Source: a candidate division FCPU426 bacterium (lineage in GTDB: Bacteria; Oederibacteriota; JAAXVQ01; JAUVAV01). Taken from it: a stretch of DNA of 64,000 bases. Of the stretch, positions 1 to 7,943 are shown piece after piece. Each line of letters starts with the position of its first letter. Position 1 is the stretch's first letter. The position numbers were made by a program, and so were the translations under genes. Below the pieces are notes generated by a model that worked only from the letters and a program-made list of their open reading frames with translations, had not been told where the DNA came from and did not search any database. The stretch is taken from positions 9,588 to 73,587 of the forward strand of contig DAOWGI010000031.1 of assembly GCA_030637655.1 (NCBI GenBank), read 5' to 3'.

Positions 1-1467
1 GCGCTCACACTGGCCGCGCTCTTTGACTTGGTGCCAAACGCGCTTGAAAGCGTAAAGCGCATTGCAGTTGACGCTGAAGCTGATAAAGCGGATCAACAAA
101 AAACCAGTGTTACGGTAGATAGCAGCTCTGTGAAATTCTTGGGTCAACAATTCTCAGAAAGCGTGCTTAACCAATTAATAATGGCCGCAACAACTAAGCT
201 GTTTGGCGGCGGCACGGAAGAAACCTTAGATACCCTGACCAACTCCTATATCGTGAAATTAAAACAGCATCCGCGATTCAAGGGATTCGGCAACAACGCT
301 TTTCAGGAATTTCTGAAACAATACATAATGGACGGCGAAAATTTAAAAATTCTTTGCACCTCAGATATGAAATTAACAACGTTATATGAGAAAGTGAAAA
401 GTAAAATGGGCCGCGAGTTTACAGAAAAGGATATGAGTAACCTGGCCGAAGCTTCCGTCGAATTGGAAACTGAGGCTTTTACTCTGATGAAGCAAAAAGC
501 CGCTGAGATCAAAACAGCAGCAGCAGAAAATCAGCCGGGTATGGTGGTGGAGTTCAATACTATATTTGGTATGTCCTATGCCGCCTATCAAAAGATGATG
601 AAGCCCTCCTGGTCACAGGAGATATTTACCAAAATTGTGGGCAAAGAACGTTTGCACAGCGAGCAAACGCCGCTTATCTTTATCCGCAGCAAATCCCAGC
701 AGATGATCGGCTGGGGCGCGGTATCTTTGGCCGCCGGCGCGGCACTCATCCTGGGCGTAGGCACTGTTGCACCCATAATTCTAGGTATTGGCGCGGCTGT
801 GTTCGGCGCGGCCCTGGCTTTGGAAGGCACAGCAACCTGGTTCCAGGCCAAAAAGATGGCCTTCCGTATCAATCCCACGGACACGGTGCAGGAGCAATTG
901 GATAATGTTGTATTTGCTTCGCGCGATGTGAAGGTAGAAAGCCAGGCCAAGATGATCACTGGTAAAGAACTCAGAGCTGTAGAGGCGCTTAAGCAAAGCA
1001 AGGAATTCACCAAGGAGTATGGCGTGCCGCCGCAAACCTATCAAGACATTTCAATCAATGCCTTGCTGAACAATGCCGGCTTTAAAAAGGCCATTGCCAA
1101 TTTAAAGATCGCGGGAACAGAACAGATAGTGTCCGAGGAAAGTCAGAACAGCGCCATCCGTCTGGCTTTGCTGCACCTTCTGCAGGCAGTGGAATCCGAT
1201 GCCAAGTACAAGACCAAGATAGCCATTGCCGGGGATATCACAAAAATCTTGGGCTTCCTGGGATTCAACATTAACATGACTTACAAGGAATACGCGGACG
1301 CGCTCTCCATTACCTTGACACCTGAGGCAGTACCACGTACCTTGCTTGAGTATAAAAACCTCGGTCGAATTATCGAAAGTCTGGAAGGTTTTGGTGTGGG
1401 TATTAAGCTGGATATGGCGCCGCAAACACCCCAGCGGAAATTGAAGGCCGTAGGAGCGGCAGCGTAA
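1..1467 (+). CDS. C-terminal part (5'-truncated) of a large membrane protein, probable paralog of the two giant proteins downstream
   Basis: Frame is open from base 1. Hydrophobic hairpin GWGAVSLAAGAALILGVGTVAPIILGIGAAVFGAALAL. C-terminus (LLHLLQAVE...VPRTLLE...PQ...VGAAA) resembles the ends of 7944 and 18051. Confidence 0.75.
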   Translation, partial: ALTLAALFDLVPNALESVKRIAVDAEADKADQQKTSVTVDSSSVKFLGQQFSESVLNQLIMAATTKLFGGGTEETLDTLTNSYIVKLKQHPRFKGFGNNAFQEFLKQYIMDGENLKILCTSDMKLTTLYEKVKSKMGREFTEKDMSNLAEASVELETEAFTLMKQKAAEIKTAAAENQPGMVVEFNTIFGMSYAAYQKMMKPSWSQEIFTKIVGKERLHSEQTPLIFIRSKSQQMIGWGAVSLAAGAALILGVGTVAPIILGIGAAVFGAALALEGTATWFQAKKMAFRINPTDTVQEQLDNVVFASRDVKVESQAKMITGKELRAVEALKQSKEFTKEYGVPPQTYQDISINALLNNAGFKKAIANLKIAGTEQIVSEESQNSAIRLALLHLLQAVESDAKYKTKIAIAGDITKILGFLGFNINMTYKEYADALSITLTPEAVPRTLLEYKNLGRIIESLEGFGVGIKLDMAPQTPQRKLKAVGAAA

Positions 1468-1499
1468 AAATTCGTTTTGGTCGTTGTGATTTTGATTTC

Positions 1500-1527
1500 G
1501 TAGGGGCACGGCATGCCGTGCCCCTAC
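1500..1527. repeat. GTAG-type REP, perfect 28-bp palindrome
   Basis: GTAGGGGCACGGCA|TGCCGTGCCCCTAC. Confidence 0.9.
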
Positions 1528-1660
1528 TGTTATTCAATACGCGCCCCCCTTAACAAACGTAAAATAATACGCAAGGATTTTGTTGTTTTCCAGTCTCAAT
1601 TTGTGAGGAATTGGCAGTTGACAGAACCTGCCAAATATCACAAAATCAGGAGGCGCGAAA

Positions 1661-1930
1661 ATGACAGAAGAAGGAAAAATTACCATGAGCGAGTTTAAAA
1701 CAGTTGTTGAAAGATTTGAGGACAATCAGAAGAAAATTATTGAAGTAATGAACCATCGCTTTGACAAAGTAGAGACGGATATGCACGCGATAAAAGAAGA
1801 TGTTTCTTCGCTTAAAGAGGAAGTGGCCTTATTGCATGAGGGTCAAACCGCGATTCGTGCTGATCTGCGCCGGAAAGTCTCGTATGATGATTTTGAGATG
1901 CTGGAAAAACGGGTGGCGCGTATTGAATAA
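1661..1930 (+). CDS. small coiled-coil hypothetical protein
   Basis: AGGAGG RBS upstream; heptad pattern RFDKVETDMHAIKEDVSSLKEEVALL. Confidence 0.75.
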   Translation: MTEEGKITMSEFKTVVERFEDNQKKIIEVMNHRFDKVETDMHAIKEDVSSLKEEVALLHEGQTAIRADLRRKVSYDDFEMLEKRVARIE

Positions 1931-1931
1931 C

Positions 1932-2008
1932 GTAGGGGCGCGATTTATCGCGCCCAAAAATATGGGTGTGGAAACCGGAATGATGGGCGTGATAAATCAC
2001 GCCCCTAC
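1932..2008. repeat. inverted REP doublet (REPIN-like)
   Basis: GTAGGGGCGCGATTTATCGCGCCC ... GGGCGTGATAAATCACGCCCCTAC; the second REP contains the lnt stop codon. Confidence 0.9.
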
Positions 2009-3669
2009 GATTTCTTTGGCTGATAAAAGGCCGCGGCCAACAGTCCGGAGAAGAGCAAGAGAAAGAAGAAGGGAATGATATTTCCAAAGCGGGTAAAGAA
2101 GGTGCGGAAAACGGCCGGGTAAATGGTTACGTGTTTAACACCCGCGATATAATATTCCAGGTGTTCTCCGATATTGCCCCAGGGATCTATCACGCAGGTC
2201 GGTCCGGTCATGTCCGCTTTAGCCACATAGGCGCGATGCTCCACAGCCAGGAAAACCGACATGGCTGAATGCTGATAACTCATGGCCGACTTGCCGGACC
2301 AACTGTTGTTGGCCATGCAGAGAAAGAAATCAGCTCCAGCCCGGGCCAAGTGAAACCCCAGTTCCTCAAAGAGATCTTCATAGCAGATCAAGGCGGCAAA
2401 CGTGGATTTTCCGAGCTTAAATACAGAATAATCATCACCCGGCTCAAAATCAATGGGAATGGGTTCTTGTACCACGGTTTGCAAATGCTTTTTTAAAATT
2501 GTATAAGGTATGTATTCACCAAAAGGAACCAAATGGATCTTGCGGTAGCGTCCGATGGTTTCTCCCAGCGAATCAAAATAAAAGGCGCTGTTGTAATGAT
2601 GCCAGGTATGTTTGGCTTCCAGATTTTTTTCGCGCTGATATTCATTACTGGTCAGCAAGGTTGGTGTTTTGCCCTGTATGATCAGCGCGCGCAATTGATC
2701 TTCCCATTGCTGATAGCCGGGATGTTCGAGGATGCCCGGAAAGCAGGATTCCGCCCAGACAATTAAATCCGGCCGGCCTTGTGCTGCTTGCGCGTGCAAG
2801 GCGCTCATTTTTTTCATAGCCGCGTCGCGATACTTGCGATTCCATTTCTGGCGGGTATTGATATTGCCCTGTACCAGAGCCAGTTTTACTTCTGTGGTTT
2901 TAGTTTTGGCAAACTGTATGGTTTCAGTAACACAAATGCCGCCCAGGATCAGCCACAAGAGAAGCATGCCAATACTGAGACCGGTTGCGAAAGGTTTTTC
3001 TTGAAACCATTGGGGAAAGGAAGGCCGACGAGGCAGAAAATAGCCTAAGGACCAGGTCTGGTCTTTGGGCTTGTGCAGTATTTTTTCCAGACCATTGGTA
3101 ATCCAGATGTTTACCAGCAGCACTAAAAAAGAGATGCCGCCCACACCCACAACTGATGCCATCTGCCGGAGTACCACATTGCCATACTGTGTGTGTCCCA
3201 GGCTGCCCCAGGGCCAACCGCCGGTCAGAATATGACCGCGCAGATATTCCCAGGCCACCCAGGCCAAAGGCAGTACCAGGGAGTCCGGTAGTTTCAGCCG
3301 GTTTTTGGTTAATCGGGCAGTCAGGCCAAAGAGAGCAAAATAAATACCACCGCATACGGCAAAGAAGATCCAGGCAAAAGCATTGTCAATATTGGTATTC
3401 CGGCCAATTAAACGGATCCAGGCCAGGATTCCGATAAAATAGAAAAAGCCCATGAGAAAGGAATAAACACCAGTGCCGACCCAGGTAGTTCTTCGCCATA
3501 GGTAGATGAAGGGAACAAAAGCAATAAGCGCGATCCAGGTGTGCCAGACGGAATGCCCGGTGAAAATCAGATTGGGAAAAGAGAACGCTTGTAAAAATCC
3601 AGCCAGGACTGCAAGTAGTACGCCATAACGGATTTGCAAGGGTTGCCATTGAGTGGTTGTGTCGGACAT
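2005..3669 (-). CDS. lnt: apolipoprotein N-acyltransferase
   Basis: TM-rich N-half with WEYLRG..GGWPWGSLGHTQ; nitrilase domain VQGNI, WAES, YRKIHLVPFGEYIP, LICYE. Start set at ATG 3669 with GGAG upstream. Confidence 0.95.
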   Translation of the reverse strand: MSDTTTQWQPLQIRYGVLLAVLAGFLQAFSFPNLIFTGHSVWHTWIALIAFVPFIYLWRRTTWVGTGVYSFLMGFFYFIGILAWIRLIGRNTNIDNAFAWIFFAVCGGIYFALFGLTARLTKNRLKLPDSLVLPLAWVAWEYLRGHILTGGWPWGSLGHTQYGNVVLRQMASVVGVGGISFLVLLVNIWITNGLEKILHKPKDQTWSLGYFLPRRPSFPQWFQEKPFATGLSIGMLLLWLILGGICVTETIQFAKTKTTEVKLALVQGNINTRQKWNRKYRDAAMKKMSALHAQAAQGRPDLIVWAESCFPGILEHPGYQQWEDQLRALIIQGKTPTLLTSNEYQREKNLEAKHTWHHYNSAFYFDSLGETIGRYRKIHLVPFGEYIPYTILKKHLQTVVQEPIPIDFEPGDDYSVFKLGKSTFAALICYEDLFEELGFHLARAGADFFLCMANNSWSGKSAMSYQHSAMSVFLAVEHRAYVAKADMTGPTCVIDPWGNIGEHLEYYIAGVKHVTIYPAVFRTFFTRFGNIIPFFFLLLFSGLLAAAFYQPKKS

Positions 3670-3701
3670 ACGTGACTCCAAACAATTTTCATTAAGTATA
3701 G

Positions 3702-3913
3702 GTAACTGCTCAGGTGGGTAAAAAAAGTATTCAAATATTCACGCCTGGCAGGTCACTTTGGTCTTTTTCAAGCATTGCAAAGCGGAAAACCAAGGTCCAG
3801 GCTGGTAACGGGCAATAGGGGCATATGCTTTTCTAAACCACATCTCCGCAGTTACCGCTGCCACGCTTGAAAAAGACCAAAGCGCCCTGCTCCTTGCAGA
3901 CTTGAGTAGTTAT
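3702..3913. mobile_element. MITE-like element with terminal inverted repeats and target-site duplication
   Basis: Ends GTAACTGCTCAG / TTGAGTAGTTAT (imperfect IR). Internal IR CTTTGGTCTTTTTCAAGC / GCTTGAAAAAGACCAAAG. Flanked by direct repeat AAGTATAG (3694-3701, 3914-3921). Confidence 0.7.
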
Positions 3914-3946
3914 AAGTATAGCATAAAAAAAATAAAAAAACGAAAT

Positions 3947-3971
3947 GTAGGGGCACCCTTTACGGGTGCCC
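3947..3971 (+). repeat. GTAG-type REP
   Basis: GTAGGGGCACCCTTTACGGGTGCCC. Confidence 0.85.
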
Positions 3972-4049
3972 GGTATCATTGCTTGAATCCAGGCATAAAC
4001 CACAGTAGAATATATAAAGGCACAATAATTGGCGCCAATATACCAAAGG

Positions 4050-4151
4050 AATCCCCGACCTAAGTCCGGGATTACCGCATTCCCTCTACCTTTTAGGGAG
4101 AGGAATAAAGGGTGAGGGTTACCTGAATATTCCGCACTTCAGTGCGGGGAT
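4050..4151. repeat. cluster of three short palindromic elements
   Basis: AATCCCCGACCTAAGTCCGGGATT; TTCCCTCTACCTTTTAGGGAGAGGAA..GGGTGAGGG; ATTCCGCACTTCAGTGCGGGGAT. Confidence 0.55.
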
Positions 4152-4182
4152 GATTTATTAAATGGAGAAAGGAAACTGACCT

Positions 4183-4818
4183 GTGCGCATTTTAGCAATT
4201 CTCTACATTATATCAATAAGCAACGTGATGGTATTGCCGGTTTCCGGCCATACCGGGGTGGGACCGACCCTGGGCGATGCTTTGCTCCAGGGAAAAATAG
4301 AAAACTGGCAGACTGCGGAAAAACATACGCAGGAGGTGGAGCAGGCAAATCGTTTGACGCAAAATTTTTCCTTGCCGGAAGAATACAGCCGTGTGGGCCG
4401 CTTGTTAAGCCGGGAACGCTTGGATGGCACGCGTGAAAAAATCACCTATGACCAAAACGGCAGACTGATTTCCGTCTGGGTAACCAGTCCGGACGGAAAA
4501 TTTGAGAAAGAACGATTATACGTAGATAATTATTTGCGGGCTATTTTGTATGTGGACAAGTCATTGAAAACTTTGCAGTATCTGGGTCCCTTGCAATTGG
4601 GGATCGAAAGTAAAGAGCAAAAGAGTGAAGCTGACCCGGCTTTGTGCATTATTGTTTCCGCGGGAGCCAAAGTGCGTATTCTGCAATATAACACCTATGG
4701 AAAATTGCTTGGTAGTTATCAGCCCAACGGCAAAAAAAACATACAAACAACTCAGACCAACGCGAACGATTTGGATCAGGTAATTCCAATTAATGAACTG
4801 CAGTTTTTAAAACAGTAG
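4183..4818 (+). CDS. exported hypothetical protein with YD/RHS-like beta repeats
   Basis: GTG start after GGAG/AAGGA; hydrophobic N-terminus; motifs KITYDQNGRL, LQYNTYGKLL. Confidence 0.65.
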   Translation: MRILAILYIISISNVMVLPVSGHTGVGPTLGDALLQGKIENWQTAEKHTQEVEQANRLTQNFSLPEEYSRVGRLLSRERLDGTREKITYDQNGRLISVWVTSPDGKFEKERLYVDNYLRAILYVDKSLKTLQYLGPLQLGIESKEQKSEADPALCIIVSAGAKVRILQYNTYGKLLGSYQPNGKKNIQTTQTNANDLDQVIPINELQFLKQ

Positions 4819-4829
4819 AAAGGGAAAAC

Positions 4830-7517
4830 ATGCTTGAGTTTGAGCAGAATCCCAAAATGAAGAAGCGTAATAAAAGCAGCGCGCTGCTTGGCGTCTGCTT
4901 AACTTTGCTGGGATTTACCATTGCCGGATATGCCAGGGACGCAACCGCGAAAATAGAACCCCGTAAACAGGCTGAGCAGATGTACAACCTGCTCAAAGAT
5001 CGTTGTTCCATTAAAAATTACACCTGGGATCATTTGGCTGAGGATTTTACTGTTACTTTCACACTCTTGGATGGGAGCGTACTGACTTACAATGCGCGGG
5101 GTTGTCTCATCCGGCGTCAAGCGCCCAATGGTCTGGAAACCCACTATGAGAAAGGTTTTCCGGTTAAAAAAATATCGCCGCCAGGTGAGGTCATATCCCA
5201 AACCGAATATGTCCGGTCCTCCCAGGAAAAAATTAAATGCGCGGTAACCCGACAAAAAGGATTTCTGACAGCAAGTTTTTATACGGAAGACGGTGATATT
5301 CAGCACGAAACCATACATACGCCGGCCGGCCGGCTGTATCGTTACAACTTTACTTGGGCCGACGATCGCAGAACTTATAACTATTATGAGACGCGTGCCT
5401 GGGATGGGAAGACCAGCTACTTTTGTGTTTCCGCGAACACAGGACTTATTAGGGAACAGTGGCGGGTAACGACGGACTTGCGGCAAGTGTGGGAAGAGCA
5501 GCATCGGGTATTTACAAAATTGCTCATACGGAGATTTGAAGACGATTATTCGGATCGTTCACAATTTAAAAAAGATGAGCACGGACAAATCCGCGGTGAT
5601 GTGCTTTTAAAAAATATACAACCCAACAAAATGCTTCCGCTTGACGTTTTTGACAAATATATGCAAAAAGGCAACCTGCAGTTTGAGGCTGGATGGAAGT
5701 ATATAGATTGCTCGGAGGTGGTGATCTTCCTGCCGTTAGTCGAATTTGTCGAACAAAAACGAGTGATCGCGCAAAAGGTGAAGGTGAAAAAAACCCAAGT
5801 ATATGTCTGGGTGAAAAAACGGCGAAAATGGGTCCAATATCCATATGATTCACGGAAGGAAAAGATAATTCCCGGCAACCGGCGGGGCGATGCGCGCCTT
5901 GAGGCTCGTTTCCCCAAAACGGATTGGAAAGTTATTCCTGAAAAGATGGGGAAAATGAAATTAAATGTGCGCCTGCAGATCCCGCCGGAATTATTGGAGC
6001 AACAGCGTCTCCATCTCTCTCAGCAGCAATATGCTGATCCGGATTTTTATGACCTGTATGCTCTGATGCCTTCGGCTCAGGAAAAAAGCTCTGAGCCCAC
6101 GCCGGCGGTCCGGGCGGGCCGGGTTGTGACCCGTTTCGCCGGGCAGGAACTAAAAACCTTCAAGTTGGAATTGATCCAGCAAATTAAAAATCAATTGCAG
6201 AACAGTCCGCAGCTTAATCAACGCGATAGCCGGCAACAAACCCAAGCCCAGGTAATCTTGCGGGCCCTGCGGCCTGAGCAGGTACTCTTTGTAAAAGAAC
6301 TCAAATCGCAGCTTAAACAGTTGCGGTGTATAGAGCATCCGGCCTTTGCTGAAATACGGTATCGGGAATTGGAAATATTTTTACCCAAAGTACAAAAACA
6401 AAAAGTGTTTAAAATTATCAATCGCGTAAAAGAAAACCGAGGTCTGGTAAAAATCTGGAAAGAAGATGCGGATCATCCGGCCGGTGGATATTGGACCACG
6501 TACACGTTGCGTCCTTTTCGCGATAAGTTGTGCCAACGAGGCGGCCACTTGATTATTCAAGTGGATGAAAGCCGTTTTGAGTGGATACTATCCTCAGAGC
6601 GGCAATCCCTGAGGGTTTCCGGTTCGGTCTTTCTGGCCAAGGGTTCCGGGAAAAAGATCATTCCGGCCAGGGCAACAACAACCGGGATTGCTGCTGCCAC
6701 AGAAGATAAGCTGACGGCATTGGAAAGCCTGGTGCCATTATCCGGTCCGGCCGGGCAAAACAAACTTCCCAAAGTGCTGCAGGCGGCAATTCCGGATATT
6801 CGTTTGGGAATAGGACTTCAGTGTTGGTTGCTTACCAAGACAGCCGGCTGGTTAGGGCGCGGACGCTCTGGAGTGCGGGTACTACAGAGCGCTACTCCTG
6901 CCAGGGGTGGTGAGGTTAAGGTCCTGGAAAAATTGGATTGGTGGGGACACGTAAATGGATACCAACGTGTATTCCTACAAAATCAAAAAGAGCGTTTGCT
7001 GGAAACCTACAATCAGGAAAAGCAGTTAACCTCAATGCGTGATCTTTTAGGGAGCACATACCAGGTTACGTATTTGGCAGACAATAAAATTGAGGTCGTA
7101 CGCACACAGGGCGGGCAACAACAGGTGCTGCGTTTTGAGCAGGGTCAGTTAAAAACCGTTTTGCTCAGTGCCGGCAATCAACTTGAGTATAACAGTAATG
7201 AGAAAATGCATCAGGTTAATTTGCTTACTGAAAAAGGGGAAGTCGTTTTTGAGAAACTGTATTTAACTTCCGGGAAACAAGTAGGAATGAAGTTTGCGCA
7301 GGGTGAAAAGATTGCCTATCATTACCAGAAAAATAAATTAATTCAAATTCTTTTAATGAACAAGGAAGGGCAAACAGCACGCTTGCTGGTCAACAAAAAA
7401 GGCCGGATAGTAAAACAATCCGGCAATGGAAAAATAATTTATTTTGCCAAAAAGCAACTGGATTTCATTTTGCCGGATATTTTTACACCTGTAACAATTC
7501 AATTTGGGCTAAAATAA
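4830..7517 (+). CDS. large exported/anchored hypothetical protein with degenerate YD/RHS-like repeats
   Basis: Signal-like N-terminus; LTYNARGCLIRRQAPNGLETHY, ETYNQEKQLTSMRDLLGSTYQVTY, LEYNSNEKM; starts 11 bp after the previous gene. Confidence 0.7.
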   Translation: MLEFEQNPKMKKRNKSSALLGVCLTLLGFTIAGYARDATAKIEPRKQAEQMYNLLKDRCSIKNYTWDHLAEDFTVTFTLLDGSVLTYNARGCLIRRQAPNGLETHYEKGFPVKKISPPGEVISQTEYVRSSQEKIKCAVTRQKGFLTASFYTEDGDIQHETIHTPAGRLYRYNFTWADDRRTYNYYETRAWDGKTSYFCVSANTGLIREQWRVTTDLRQVWEEQHRVFTKLLIRRFEDDYSDRSQFKKDEHGQIRGDVLLKNIQPNKMLPLDVFDKYMQKGNLQFEAGWKYIDCSEVVIFLPLVEFVEQKRVIAQKVKVKKTQVYVWVKKRRKWVQYPYDSRKEKIIPGNRRGDARLEARFPKTDWKVIPEKMGKMKLNVRLQIPPELLEQQRLHLSQQQYADPDFYDLYALMPSAQEKSSEPTPAVRAGRVVTRFAGQELKTFKLELIQQIKNQLQNSPQLNQRDSRQQTQAQVILRALRPEQVLFVKELKSQLKQLRCIEHPAFAEIRYRELEIFLPKVQKQKVFKIINRVKENRGLVKIWKEDADHPAGGYWTTYTLRPFRDKLCQRGGHLIIQVDESRFEWILSSERQSLRVSGSVFLAKGSGKKIIPARATTTGIAAATEDKLTALESLVPLSGPAGQNKLPKVLQAAIPDIRLGIGLQCWLLTKTAGWLGRGRSGVRVLQSATPARGGEVKVLEKLDWWGHVNGYQRVFLQNQKERLLETYNQEKQLTSMRDLLGSTYQVTYLADNKIEVVRTQGGQQQVLRFEQGQLKTVLLSAGNQLEYNSNEKMHQVNLLTEKGEVVFEKLYLTSGKQVGMKFAQGEKIAYHYQKNKLIQILLMNKEGQTARLLVNKKGRIVKQSGNGKIIYFAKKQLDFILPDIFTPVTIQFGLK

Positions 7518-7698
7518 AAAAATCAGCTATTATTCAGGAATATGATTGAAAGTATTGGTTTTTTTAGAATGGAGTAAAATTAATTTCCAGCGAACAATTG
7601 ACAAAATACTTACATTAACGTGGTTTTGCTATTTTTTTACAGTTATATATAGGTAATTTCCTGCTTGTTCCAATTCAAAACATTTTCGTTCCGCCTGT

Positions 7699-7727
7699 TT
7701 GCGAGTCTTGATTTCCTATGCTATACT
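7699..7727 (+). promoter_or_regulatory. putative sigma70 promoter for the giant gene
   Basis: TTGCGA-17bp-TATACT with extended -10 TG. Confidence 0.5.
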
Positions 7728-7779
7728 AAAATTAGTATAATATTATTTATTATCTGTTGTGGAAGTGTGTTTTCTTAAG

Positions 7780-7856
7780 TTTGTCATTCCCGAGGGTTTA
7801 ATCGGGAATCTGGTTTTTAAACCGTATCCCCGATACAAGCATTCGGGGATGACAAA
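7780..7856. repeat. GTCATTCCCG-type double-hairpin palindromic element
   Basis: TTTGTCATTCCCGA..TCGGGAAT..TCCCCGA..TCGGGGATGACAAA. Confidence 0.75.
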
Positions 7857-7943
7857 CAAAATAAATCGCGTGACTGATATTTTACGTTGTATTTTTGTAT
7901 ATGAATGTACGCGAAAGCATAATAAAAAGGGAGAGTAATCCTT

